Source of the DNA: Octopus bimaculoides
Lineage: Eukaryota
NCBI RefSeq assembly: GCF_001194135.2
Contig: NC_068983.1
Coordinates: 142,972,796-143,036,795, forward strand
Direction of reading: 5' to 3'
Length of the DNA stretch: 64,000 bases
Shown here in pieces: positions 1-13,131 of the stretch. Both the position numbers and the translations under genes were made by a program. The notes beneath the pieces were generated by a model. It was not told where the DNA came from and did not search any database. It was given only the letters and a program-made list of their open reading frames with translations. How positions within the stretch are numbered: the stretch's first letter is position 1; the number at the start of each line of letters is the position of its first letter.

Positions 1-265
1 TGGATACAGTGAATGTTTGATTTTTGTTGCTGAGGTCAAACCTTGCCTTTGTTAATAGCTTTTTCAAGTTTTTAGGTTGTCTCTTACTGAGAGTTATATT
101 TTGATCTGTAATGATATTTCTCAATTCCTTACTTTGTGCAAGGATCAGTAAGTTCGCTTTGGCGATATTAAAGATGTTCTGGTGGCATGGATTTTGTGTC
201 ACTATAAATGGAATGATCTTTTCCTGTTTGTCTTTTCTTTGCGGTGTCCTCAGTTGTTGTATGGG

Positions 266-270
<5 letters not shown>
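1..270 (-). mobile_element. Penelope-like element ORF fragment (RT to GIY-YIG linker), running off the window start
   Basis: The minus strand is open for about 85 codons: QLRTPQRKDKQEKIIPFIVTQNPCHQNIFNIAKANLLILAQSKELRNIITDQNITLSKRQPKNLKKLLTKARF. IPFxxTxNP and KRQPKNLKxLL are typical of the PLE linker preceding the GIY-YIG endonuclease. Confidence 0.75.
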
Positions 271-296
<26 letters not shown>

Positions 297-2040
297 TGCT
301 CTAGCATCTCCACAGGCTATCCATGTGCATATGTACAGATGTATGTATAAAATGAATGAGTGCATATTCATAAAGACCCGAGAAAAAATTCTCAATATGA
401 ATGCTATAAAATTGAATTGAAGTTGAGTTTTCACTGCTCAGAGTTTTGGCCAAAAGTCATGCTACTGAAGACACAATTCAGTTAATTTCATGTTATAAGT
501 AAGAAATTCAAAATACTGACAAATCGAAACATTAGATGCTTTGAATGAATAAATAAACTTGGCATATATTTAGTACATTTTCTACTTTGCATACACACAT
601 ATGCACACATACACACATGTGTGCGTGTACTTGGGGAACAGCTTTTCATTTTGTCAATGGACCTAGAAAATTCTCTGTTCTAAAATAAATGAAAGGACTA
701 ATGAGATTAATGCTTTGCAATATTTAGTTACAGCCCTTTGTGTCTTAAGCTTTATGTTCAAATCCTACTAAGCTCAATTTTGCTTTTAATCCTTCTGACT
801 TTGATAGAATTCCAATCAAGTAATACAGTTGATACAAATTTGTGATTGTACCAAAGTTAGAAAAAAATTACACACACACACACACATGCACAGACATGCG
901 TACACACACAAACATACACACACACACATGCGTGCACACACAACTAAACAGATTGATCAACAGATTAGAAGAAATGTTAAACACCTTCGAAGTTACCTAA
1001 GAAAGTAAAAATTAGCCACAATAGTAATTTTAATTTTGTTTTGATAAAGTCTTTCTTTCAAAAAAAAAAGAAAAAGAAAGAAAAAAAAATGAAAACTATA
1101 ATCATGGCAGAGCTTTCAAGAGGTGGTGAAGTATTTCTTGACTCAGTTGGATATTATTATATTATGGGCATAAGTACCACTTTACTATAATGATACCAAA
1201 TATTGATAAATATTATAAACATAGAATTTTGTACTGTTTATAGTAGTTCAATACTTATATTGCATTATGGTAGACTTATGTTAAAAGTAATGTATTAAAT
1301 AAGATTTGTTACAGAAAAACAACAACAGAAAAAAATATCTTTTATATATTTTAAGATTTATACTTTGAAAGACGATATTGAAAGAAAATTTGAGTTAAGA
1401 AAGAAACAAATTTGTTTATAAAGGTCAAATACATGAATAATTAATTAAATCATGCTGACCTAATACTGCTGTTACACATGCATATTTCTGTCACTGCCAC
1501 TCAAGTCTCCTACTCACTTATATCTCCTCCTTTCATCACTCATGTTGTGTTTAACTCCCTAGTCCTTGTACTGATTGCTACATCTAGTCCTTCATCACTA
1601 AGAGCATTGACTCCCTGAAATTTCTGCCCTGCACATGTTTTTTCCTACTTTTCAAAAGTTTAAATGGAATGTTAACAGCATCAGTTTCTCCAGTTTTAGT
1701 AGGCTGTGAAGGGGCTTTGCCCTTTTCTCTAGACCTATTTCATAAAAATAATTTCAACTTATTTAATTTTTATACAGCAAATTAAAATACATACATCATT
1801 GTTTCAGTACCTAAAATATGCTCAGTCAAGCATCTACTTCATTTACACACTGCGGAAACAAATTACCCATTTACACAATTCAATAATTTAGAGACTTATA
1901 GGGTGATATTTATTCTATTTTCTTTCATAGATGCTTAAGAGGATATCTCTTCTTTTTGGTATTGTGTAATAAAGTATAAATAAATGATATAAAATTATTT
2001 TTACGTTATATTTATTGCAAAGTTGATTTAATCTTTTTAG

Positions 2041-2165
2041 GATCTTTTGCGTATGTGGGCAAGTTTATGACAATTTAATAAAGGTTCCTGATACTGATTG
2101 CAATTTTACATGTCCAGCTAATGGACATCAGATGTGTGGTGGTAGAAGAAGACTTCAAATACATA
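2041..2165 (+). CDS. Exon: C-terminal half of a WSC domain (WSC-a); the N-terminal half is presumably upstream of the window
   Basis: Acceptor atctttttag|, donor |gtaagt, phase 2 to 1. Encodes IFCVCGQVYDNLIKVPDTDCNFTCPANGHQMCGGRRRLQIH, showing the CxCG...CxxxC...CGG pattern of WSC (PF01822). Confidence 0.92.
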
Positions 2166-2271
2166 GTAAGTACATTTTTTTCCATTGGTAATTATTAATA
2201 TACTAAGAAATACCAAATAAAGCCAAAATTTTTTGAAAAAATAACCTTCAGCTATCTCTTTTACTCTTTTA

Positions 2272-2385
2272 CTTGTTTCAGTCATTTGACTGTGGCCATG
2301 CTGGAGCACCGCCTTTAGTCAAGCAAATCGACCCCAGGACTTATTCTTTGTAAGCTTAGTACTTATTCTATCAGTCTCTTTTGTG
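2272..2385 (-). mobile_element. SINE family B 3' fragment
   Basis: gtttcagtcatttgactgtggccatgctggagcaccgcctttagtc... recurs at about 33205 and, reverse-complemented, at about 58440-58520. Confidence 0.75.
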
Positions 2386-2891
2386 TAGAACTTTGCCCTT
2401 AACTGTTTCCACCAACTGACAAGTTTCATTTTAAAATCATGGAAAGGAAAATAACTTTCTAATGACTAATATAACTAATTGTAAAGTTAAAGGTAAGCTT
2501 CCAGCAAAAATAGCCTCTGAAATGAAATTATTTCACTTGATGTTGTCCAAGGTATGCTATTAATGGCTGGAGGGGAGGTTTAAATACATAGTTATGTCAG
2601 CTTGATCAGGGCCAACTTGGAAATAAACTGCAAAATCTGTTGGAAATAAAGAAATAGAAGAAAAAGAAAGGGGAAAAGCAAGTGCAGATTGAGACTGTTT
2701 TCCTTTTTTAATTGTCTGTGCATGTTTGCAATTTATATTATTTATTTCAAATAATTATGAAAAGTTAGTATTTTAGATTAATATATTTCTTTCATTTTAA
2801 TAACGTATATTTTGAGTTTGAGCTACTAGAGTTCTTTTGATTTGTATATAATATTATCATTTGGTTATCATAGGTGTACATATATACCCAG

Positions 2892-2909
2892 GAAGATTTA
2901 CAACTTATG
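2892..2909 (+). CDS. Candidate 18-nt symmetric microexon linking WSC-a and WSC-b
   Basis: cccag|GAAGATTTACAACTTATG|gtaagt, phase 1 to 1, giving ...QIH-RRFTTY-GFYLGCY. The donor is strong but the polypyrimidine tract is weak. Confidence 0.4.
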
Positions 2910-3779
2910 GTAAGTAAAATATTGCATTCTGATTGGGTGTAATAAACTAGTTTATTAAGCAATGTTCATTCATACTTAAACATTAACAATATACACAATA
3001 CAGCATGAAACTGAAAGATTTAGTATAGTAATGCATTTTATATGCTTAATAATATAGTCTTGGTTTGAAACTTTTTATCAGCATAAAATATAGTTCAGAT
3101 TTTTCAATATTTGAAGTCTGAGATGTTTCAGTTTAAAAACAGAAAAAGAAAAAATATTTGAGTTTGAAAACCCAGCAGTGGTGGCCCCAGCAAGGAGTCT
3201 CTATTATTCCATACAGCAAAACATACTTAAAGCTGGATATCTACTTGGTTGCAGACAATCAGGTGCCATATCCCTGTCAGTGGGAGCATTAAGTCTGAAT
3301 TACTGGATCATTAGAATGGTTTTACGACACTTTTGGTTCCAGCTCATTGATACTAGCAGATAAGTGAAGTTAACATTATTTGGAAAAAATTGTTCAGGAA
3401 TCATGAGCTGACTGCTGGCATTTTAACTGTAATAGCCTTAAAATATATTGGGAGTTCATCACCTGCACAAGATAATAGGTTGGGTAATGAAAATTTAATC
3501 TGTTCTGTTTATTGTTTGTAAAATTCCCTTCAGAGTGAATTAGTTATGGGAGAAAAGGCATTTAATATACATATAAAGGAAGACATCTTTATTTATGATT
3601 CCTTTTTTTGGAATGTAATGGTTCTAGTTTCTTTTAGTTTCTACTTCTTTCTTTTTTTTTTCTCTTTTTTAAAATCTCTTTATCTTCTTGTATATGAAGT
3701 TTGGGTAGGGAACAAAACGAATCTATATTTTGTTAATGTTTTAAGACAATATGAAAATACCATGACCTCTGACAATATT

Positions 3780-4050
3780 CACTTTTGTATAGGTAACACC
3801 ACCTTGCATTCCTTCTTAATCTTCTGTACCCTAGTGCAACCTAGACATCTCATGGAAAACTTACACTGACTCCATGAACAAAAATCTCAAGAACATCCTC
3901 TAATGTGGTCATACCAATCTTAAGCTCCTTTAGCTGTAACATAGACACAATCAGAAAACTAGCCTTGTTGCATTCTCTTGGATTCCTAGCTTCACTAGGC
4001 ATATGTAGAGTATGCACAAGCTGTGCCAGGTGACTTAATTTTGATGTCAT
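3780..4050 (+). mobile_element. Heavily decayed non-LTR retrotransposon (LINE) fragment
   Basis: GC-richer island with broken RKLALL...AQV-like post-RT remnants; no intact frame. Confidence 0.3.
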
Positions 4051-5502
4051 TTAAAAAAATTCTATTGTGTTCTTGCTGAAATTTCACTTTAACTAAATAA
4101 AATAAAATGTAAATACATTTAGGCTGTGCATATGACTTTGTAATTTAGATGTAATTTTAATTTTCCTAATTGTTTAAGAGGTTACTGTTGCCATAGCATT
4201 CTTTGATGTATCATCATCATCATCATCATCCAGTTTTTTAAATCCGGGTTTTGTCCCGTTAACGGGGGTGGCTGGATCTACCTCAATGCCATAAAAAGAA
4301 AAGCTTCTTTGATAGGTTATTCTCCCAGATATATTTGTATTGAGAATGCAAATATTTGGGGAGTCAATGAGGGAATCTCTTTGTGGTAATTATGTCTGCT
4401 AGAAGTAGCAACCAAATACTCTCACATCATACTCTACACTCTACCATCTTAAAAGAGTGATTGGTCATGGCCAGAATGCCATTAATCCTGTCTGCTTTGT
4501 CAGGGTTGACCTGATACTAACCAATAAATATCTAGTTTCACTGCTCTTTAAAACTTGATAGTTCTGTCATATCCCTATCATACATAGTTCTCTCATAACT
4601 GTTACAATTATTTCTTTTCAACATTGACTTTACTTCATATGCAGAACTTTATTTGAGAGACTTTGATCTTTTGTTCCATAGAACTGTAATCCTTCTGAGA
4701 TCTGTTTTTTTATTCACATTTCCATTAGACTATACCTACACTAGTGATGGTGAGCCTTTTTAGCCAGGAGTTTACTTAAGTGTATATGTATTTTACTTGT
4801 AAGTAAATGCTTATAGATAAGCTTTTTATAAGATGATACTGCTGGGAGATTTTTTACCGCAGTCCATCACATGTCACTGAAAAACCTACAGTATGTCATA
4901 GCTTCATCACAACTGACCTGTACTAATTACTAACTATAATATTAAGTATTTTTACTTCATCTAATTACATATAAATCTGTCTAGTCCCAAAGGCAGCTTG
5001 ACCCTCCCTGACTATTGGGTAGAGAAAAATATTTCCAAGAAGATACAGTGTAAATAAGATGAAACAAATTATTTTAAAGTTTCATCATGTAGTCATGATA
5101 GCCATTTGAAACCCATACATACCGTTAAAATCATTTTTGTATTATTTTGTAATATTATGTACAATAAAGTTCTAAAAATTATTGTTGTACACCTGCAACT
5201 TTGTTACGTACTGCATCTCAGATTCTGTGTAATGGTGTTAGTGACTATGTTATAGAGGTATAAGAAACTTTCTTTTACATAATAGTATATAATACTATTA
5301 CAAAATGAAATTAAAGTGGATGTACAGAAGTAGATATACATTTTAGATAGGTTGCCATCACCTTTTCATATGTAATTGTTTCACTTCCAAATTCCCCCGA
5401 TTAAGTCACTTACCAAACAAGTTATTTTAATATATTTGAAAGCTAAAAGAATTTTAACCTTTTCATTAGAAAGAAACCATGACATTTTTTTCTTTAAATT
5501 AG

Positions 5503-5638
5503 GTTTTTACCTTGGATGTTATAGAGCCACTAACATGAGACTAAACCAAATTGGAATAGTTAATGAGAATATGACTTTGAACATGTGCCTTTTATACTGT
5601 TGGAAATCAGGTTTTGCATATGCTGCTGTAGAAAAAGG
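5503..5638 (+). CDS. Exon: N-terminal half of WSC domain b
   Basis: Acceptor tttttctttaaattag|, donor GG|gtaaga, phase 1 to 2. Encodes GFYLGCYRATNMRLNQIGIVNENMTLNMCLLYCWKSGFAYAAVEKG (YxGCY...MTxxxCxxxC...GFxYAxVExG, the WSC signature). Confidence 0.93.
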
Positions 5639-7724
5639 GTAAGAATCGTTTTAAAACTGATTTAAGGAAAACCATATCATTTGTTAGTTTTTTAAAATAA
5701 GAATAGAAATTTATTTTGTAATAATATAATTTTTCTGAAGTAAATTACATTTAAGAATAAGTTTATAGTTTGTCTTCTTGTATACTAGGAATTTCTTATT
5801 CTTTTATGTAGCCAAAACTACATTGAGAATTCTGAGGTTATAAACTAACAACTCTAAAGTTTCATAATGTACATAATAATGTACATTATGAAACTTTGCT
5901 TTGCAATAATGTTCTCCATATTTCCTCTTGTGACTACAAATATTAAAAAACTGTATTTAAGAAAAACAAAACAATAAAAAGAAAAATTTATTTGTTTTGA
6001 ACACACAAGCTCATTAATAATTTCCACAACTTTTGTCACACACCATTGGTTTAGATCCCCTTATTTATTTATCACAATGGTTTTTACTTTTCAAACTGTT
6101 TAGATTATTTTCCAACCCAACTGAACTCATTCAGTTGTGAGCTTCCTATCAAATTTTTGTTTCATAGCATTGTTTTTCTTAAAAGTAGTACAAAGGAATC
6201 ATCATTAAATTTTCATCATGCTATCATCTGCCACTGCTTACTATATTATGCTAAATTCTTTCACTTTTTTTGTCTTATATTTGACATAGTTTTACATCCT
6301 TTTTAAGTTAAAAACACAAAGTAACATATACTGAAGTAATTAGCTTATTTTATGATAATTTCTAGATGAAAAAATAACAACTCAAAGATGTCTGTATGTT
6401 CTGGTTTCTACAAAACTACTGAAAATATTTATTTATCTGCATTAACTTAAATCTATTATATAATTTAACTTTGAAAATAGTTGTTCTTAAATGCTATTTT
6501 ATTTGATATTAGCACATCTGATGAAACAAGGAGCCTAAGTTCTGATTTTCTGTTCATTTCATAAGATTTTAGATTTATTCCTAACTTAGGAATTAATTTA
6601 AGTAAAAATTTTTAAAGATTCATTTAATTTTAGTGGTGGCTGAACTAGATCTGGGAAATATGTCAAATTGGGCTCTCACTTTTTATTTACTTTCATATTT
6701 GTTTTATGTAGCTGAAAAATACTGTTTTTTTGTTTTTTTTTTTTAGAGTAAACAAATAAGTGGATTAAAATATCAGCATTTGGTTCCATATTTCTATATT
6801 CAAATTTCAAAATTCTGTAAGGACTAAATTTTCCTTTCATTTCCTTTTGGGCTGATACAATAAGTATTAGACATGTGAGCTTCATCAACTATATTCAGGA
6901 AATAGTACACAGAATTACCCATTGAAAGAATTCGATCGTTGTAGTTGGCTGTTAACTGGAACTTGACTGAGAGCTAATACAGTATCTGCATGAATAATGT
7001 ATCCCTCCAAACTCACTTTTATATATGTGTGTGTGTGTGTCGGTGTGTAACTTAGTAGTTAAACAAATAATACTGATAGAATAAGTGCCAGGTTTAAAAA
7101 GGGAACAAAATTATTTCTTTTGGCTAAAAATTATTCAAGGCTGTACCTTGCATGGCCACAGTCTAATGACTGAAACACAAATAAAAGGTAAAAAGTACTA
7201 GATATTGAAATATTCTGTTAAACAGCAACATAGTTGTTTCAACTAAATGGATATAGACCTAACTCTTCCATAATGTTTTTCATATTTCCCAGTTATTAGA
7301 CATTTTAAAACCTGCCAATAAAAAATTTTTGCTTCATTTTAGTTTTGAAAATATTTTTGCAATTTTCTGTATTGATTGTTGTCCTTTTAGTCATATCTTT
7401 ATGCTTTAATGAAACTCTATTATAAGATTAAAATTTTGTTTGAAAATGGAATTTAAAATCATACTTTAAAATTCGGTTTTAAAACGTAATTTTTTCATTT
7501 TCTTTTAATTTCCTTGTTAATTCATATTAAATTTTTTCAAAAAAAAAAAAAAATTGTAGAATGATAGATAATTGAATTTTATCATGTCATTTGGTTTTTA
7601 ATTATCTATTCAGTGTTACAGGTATTAGGATAAAAATATTTTTACTTTTTGTATTATAAATTATGTGATCATTTAAAGGAGCAAGAAATATTTTTGTATT
7701 TTTCTTGTCTATTTTTTTATTTAG

Positions 7725-7852
7725 AATAAAATGCCAATGTGGAAATCATTGGTATTATTATGCGATAAAATCAGACAATAGCAAATGTTCAATAAAATGC
7801 CTTTTGGAGAATAATGACTATTGTGGTGGTGTTGGACGATTTCAAGTATATC
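7725..7852 (+). CDS. Exon: C-terminal half of WSC domain b
   Basis: Acceptor atttttttatttag|, donor |gtaagt, phase 2 to 1. Joins the previous exon in frame (GG+A=Gly). Encodes IKCQCGNHWYYYAIKSDNSKCSIKCLLENNDYCGGVGRFQVY and completes the 8 WSC cysteines. Confidence 0.93.
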
Positions 7853-10800
7853 GTAAGTAATGGTCATACACTATTAGGGGAGTTAAATTTCTTGCTAGGT
7901 CAACTTTGCCATTCATTCCAGTATTGATAAAATAAATGTCAGTAATATACTGGGTCAATTTAATTGTTTACATCCTTCTCCTATAAAAATTAACTCCTAT
8001 AAAATAAAATTGACTTTGTGCTTAAATTAGATATTGTACGTGAATAATTTTATTTCACAAATCAAACTCTAACTACTTATAATTGACTGTCAGCATTATC
8101 TGAATATTATAGACACTGATACAAGTTCAAGAATGCAAGTTCAGTATTTACCAGTTTTATTTCCTTCAACTTTAGTTTTTGCTGTCTGAAAACCTATGAA
8201 AATAATATACTGATGATATAGTCAGTATATGTTTAATGTTTTAAAATTACCCATCCAGCTGTCTCTAAATCCTTATTATAATGCTGCTACAGTGTTGATA
8301 TGTATCAGTGGTGTGCAGTGACTTCTGACGTTGGTCATGCAATAAATACTTATTGGTTGAGCTGAATCATTTTGAAATTATTCAACTTTGAGTTCACATT
8401 TAGTTACATAATATGGCAATGGTTTTAGACCATTATGCTGTCAAAGACAAATCAGCTACTTTATCAGGCTACTTGCCAATTTTGGGAAAATAATTGACAC
8501 TCACTTGAGCAGCCTGTTCTGATACTTATTGGACTCTGTACATTAAAAGACTATGTCTCGTACACACATTGAACATACATGCATATACATAAACACACAC
8601 ACAATGACAGACAGCAAAAATCCAACATTGTAAAAAGCCCTAAAAACACTAAGCAAAAACCTAGCATCTCTTCATTTGTTGGGAGTAGTAAAGATGTGAA
8701 ATATTGCAACATGCAAGAAATATAAATTACACCTACCTAATGATGAAAGAAAATTTGAAAGAAGGTAAAAGAAAATTATTTATACAAAATGATTTATACA
8801 TAAACACACACACACACACCTTTCAATGTATATGTTTATATTTATGTGTGTATGTTTCAATCATTTGGACAAATATTTTGAAAATCCTAAAGAGATCTTA
8901 TGAAAGTAATAGTGCACATGTGAGTGTGTGTGTGTGTAAATTGTAAATCAGTTTCAACAAAACGGAAAGATAATTTTAGTAAATCAACGAAACATTAATT
9001 AGCTATGTTATATTTCTGATTTCAGAATTTTTGAAAATTTGCTCAATACAGAGGATGGTTAATGATGATAATTTCAAAACTTATGACAGAGTGAAATAGA
9101 TATTCCAAAGTCACAGTAACATTTGAGCTGACTCATTAAGAATTATGGGATTGTTGATATGTTTTGGTCAGAATTTTTATGGGTCAAAAAGTCAAACCCA
9201 TTCAACCATTTAGCCTGTCATGTTAGCAACATCAATTACAAAGAATTGTTGACAAAGAAAAACTGATAGAAAGGGAGTGGAAAGCCAATGCTGTATGTAA
9301 CATGCGTTTTTCTCAAAGCATGCATTCCATAGTTATTTTATTGAGATAAAAAAGAAAGCATTGACTTTACAGATAGGCAGGAGAGAAATAAAAGATTTCA
9401 GATGTGTTTTTCTTTAAGCATGCCTACAGGAAGCAGAATGGGTGTACAGCAAAGTATTTAATCTGGACGCGTTTTTTTGAAACAAAGTAACTATTGCAGT
9501 TCAGTTTCCAATGATTTGGACAACTTTTCAATGTGGTTATAAATACATTATATTCTTAAATTAATTTTTAAGTTATGTAAAAAATAAATGGACATGCAGT
9601 GCATAACTTGCATGTCTTGACTGCATGCCACTGATATGTATATATGCTACCACAACCAGCTCATTGCTTATGAGCGACTTTTGATGTCATTAACAACTGG
9701 CTGTCCATCTTTTATTTTATATGTTAAAAAAAAATTCTTCCATCAACCTCCCTTAGTAAGTTAAAACTCACCATTTTTAATGGCTACCACCTCATTGAAC
9801 ACTGAAGTAATGAACTAACTTGTGCCTTACTAATATCTTTGCCTGTCTCTTAGTTCAACTACCATGTTCAAAATATGAAATAGAAAGTGGAAGACACAGG
9901 GAGACAAGTTTGTTCAATAAGCGGCTTATACATATCATTTAGCCTATTGAAAGTAGCAGTCAAATCTCTCTTAGATTACATCTTGTCATCTTAAATAAAT
10001 GGTATATCATGCAATAGAGTCCCTCTTATACAAAACAACAACATTGTACAACTTTAAAACCTTTCATTATAGTTATGCTTAATCATAACTGATCGGGGAG
10101 TGTAGAACAACAACAAGGTTTACTTTGAGCCAATGACGGAAGGCCTCTGCATGGTCACTTAATGAGAAATAGCAGCGAAATTTCCCTCTAATCACACCAT
10201 GTTTTAACCCATGAAGTTAAACTGTATTTAAAGAAAGGCCTATGAAGGAATTAAGATAATTTATTTGCCATAGATAAGCAAAAGTGAATTCAATGACTGT
10301 GTTTAGCAACATTGGCACAAGTCACATTTTAAGGAAGGTTATGTTAGAATTTGACAGGTACTTATTAACTATACATTATACTGTATTATTTTGTTTCTTT
10401 GTTGGAATTAAGTAATACATTTTGTGTGAATGGATGACATTAAGCCTTCTAGCGTGTACAATCTTCTTATGTCTCACCTTCAGTTCTGATTGTGTTTTCC
10501 TCTCAACAAGACAAAAATATCTCAAGTACACTATTTATATCCAACTGTCAAAATCTGTTCCTCCTGGAAGGTTCTCTCTGAGATAGTATAGATCTGTCAA
10601 CTAATGATTATTGATAAAATATTAAATTTTAACTTAAATTTACATTAGAGTATTAGCAAACATTTTTAGTTTCTAACAAATTATCTGAGAAAGAAATAAT
10701 TCTTCCAAATTGGATATAAATCTGATACTTAACAATTGATTTATTTTGTAACTTGTCTGAATTTTCAGAGCAAACAGTGAGCACCTGCCATATTCATGTT

Positions 10801-11650
10801 TAGAAATTTTTACTTCATATATTGTTTATTATGTCTTTTAGTTTTTCCTCTCTTTTAATATATTTTACTTCACTTGCCATTTATATATTTAAAAGGAGCT
10901 AAATTTATTTATTTGAATTTTTCTTTGATCATTAATGTTTGTGCTGATCTGTGCTTTCTTTCATATGTAAATTTTATCCATTATCAGCAATGTCAGTGCT
11001 ACAGCATATTGGTCACAAATATAAAGAAGAAAAGTTGCCTTTTTATTCTGACAAAGTTAGAAAATTTGAATGTCTTATAATTGCAAACACACCTTAATAT
11101 TATATCAGCTCGAGTTCAAATGTTTTCTTATACATATATCTTTGCCTTGATTCAAGCTGATCTGTTCATTCATGTATCCCATTAAAATTTTCCACTTCAC
11201 TGAGTCTTTCTTTTGTTGTATTTCTTGTAACAGCTTCATGAATTTTTATTAGCTTATCTTATTCCATGCTGAGCTAAATTATAAATGTGATGTGTCTATT
11301 TAGAATGATTATCTCAGTTGAATAGTCCTTAAAAATATTTTTTATAACTATTAATATTGTCATCATCATTTCATAAAACATCTGAGGGGTGGGAATTGTG
11401 CTTTTGATAACTAAGATCAGTTACTTGGATATCACTGTGAACCCATCACTTGAGTGAAAGTTGTAATAGTAGTTATTTAACTAGAATGCAAATTTACACT
11501 GGATGTCCTTCCTAATAGCAACCCCAATTTTAATCTGTTTCTATAATTTTTTTTTAAAGAAATATTTGATTAAATTTTCCTTTATTCTCTAGAATTCCAT
11601 GTTACTGTTGTTACTCTGGTTAGTATTAGTTGTCATTGTTCAACACTGAA

Positions 11651-11825
11651 TCTGACCAAGCGGCACTTTAGCTCTGACCAAGCAGCACTTTAGCTCTGAC
11701 CAAGCAGCACTTTAGCTCTGACCAAGCAGCACTTTAGCTCTGACCAAGCAGCACTTTAGCTCTGGCCAAGCAGCACTTTAGCTCTGACCAAGCAGCACTT
11801 TAGCTCTGACCAAGTAGTACTTTAA
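11651..11825. repeat. 22-bp minisatellite, 8 copies (tctgaccaagcagcactttagc)
   Basis: Near-identical units start at 11651, 11673, 11695, 11717, 11739, 11761, 11783 and 11805, with no spacers. Confidence 0.95.
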
Positions 11826-12239
11826 TCAAAACTGTTTTAGGAGTGTCCATTCCATCTTTTTAGGGATATCTTAGAAACTCCTAAAAGATTCACAGGATAA
11901 TGTAATAAAAAAAAAAAACTACATTATCTTGTGTCTCTTTTCTTTTTATATTTTTGAGATGGTATGTTGTGGTTTGAGGAAAGTTTGCTACTCTACCTAG
12001 CAGGTTGAGTGACCATGTAAAAGTTTTGCTATTGGTTTGCTGGTTTGATATTAATGTGAATCAATCTAGCTATAGTGTATGGTGGATTACAATTTAAATA
12101 TCTGATATTTGGTTTTAAATCTGAGGTTGCTATCTGGTTATCTGTTTTATAAACACATATAAAAGGTGTCTTAAGTGGAATGGAAATTACCTTATTGGAT
12201 CATTTTCAGTTTTGTCAAATTAGTAAAGAGTTCACCCAG

Positions 12240-12560
12240 TAAAGTGGTTGGTGTTAGGAAGGGCATCCAGCTGTAAAAAGCATGCCAAAATAGACAGTGG
12301 AACTTGGTGCAATCCTCTGGCTTACCAGCTCCCATCAAACTATCCCACTCATGCTAGCATGGAAGATGGATGATAATGAAGATGACAATCATCATCATTA
12401 TCAAATGCCCATATTTCATGTTAACATGGGCTGGATGGCTCAATAGGATCTGACTAGCCAGAGTGCTACATTGGGCTCCATTATCTGCCTTAGCAAGATT
12501 TTTGTGAATGAATGTCCTTCCTGACACCAACCACTTTACTGGATGCATTATTAAAAAAAA
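12240..12560. mobile_element. Two partial SINE family A (RTE-tail type) copies in opposite orientation
   Basis: gttaggaagggcatccagctgt...catgctagcatggaa (plus) is followed by catcatcat...ggatgtccttcctgacaccaacc (minus). Confidence 0.65.
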
Positions 12561-13101
12561 AAAATTTTGTGGCACAGACACAAGTGAGGTCATTAAGTAA
12601 CTTTCAAGAGAAGATCCTATGATGAAATGGGGGTGAATTAAGGGAGGTGGCTTTGTGCCAGGTGTTGAGAAGCTAAAGCATGATAGGTAGCGGAAACAGA
12701 TATCTTGCTGTAGAGGAGATACATGGCTACCCAGCAGGAAAGGGAGAAATGATAGTAGAAATGAAGTGTTCTCATACCCTCAAAATACAAGAAGATAGAT
12801 AAAGAGAGAGTGAGGACAAAGAATTGAGGATTGTTGTGTGGGTAGATAGGATTGTGAGAATGTGAAAGGAGAATGACTGACAGTAGAGATGAGAATAAAA
12901 ATGTATACAGTGAATGATAAACGTAGATGAACTTTTTAAAACTAAACTGTGATGATTTTACTCTAATAACTGCTGTATATTATGTGTTGGGTACAGAAAC
13001 ATGCAACAATTGTCAGTAAGACAAAATAGTTATGATAAAACCAAAATATGAAATCACCTATACACATGTACTTGTCATGTTGTATTTTCTTCTTTACACA
13101 G

Positions 13102-13131
13102 ATGTGGAATATATTTTAAAGAAGATCTTTG
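13102..13131 (+). CDS. Candidate 30-nt symmetric exon following WSC-b
   Basis: Strong acceptor tattttcttctttacacag|, strong donor G|gtaagt, phase 1 to 1, open only as (H)VEYILKKIF, which is compatible with the end of exon 7725-7852. Confidence 0.6.

Noticed and set aside
1693-1790. Possible missing first half of WSC-a (LVGCE after ctccag)
   Set aside because: Lacks the CxxxC and GxxYA motifs, has no donor, and hits a stop.
1931-1970. ATG after a good acceptor (MLKRISLLF) as a signal peptide
   Set aside because: Stops after 12 codons, and it cannot precede an exon that begins mid-domain in phase 2.
11651-11825. CRISPR-like regular repeat
   Set aside because: The units are contiguous with no unique spacers, and the context is eukaryotic.
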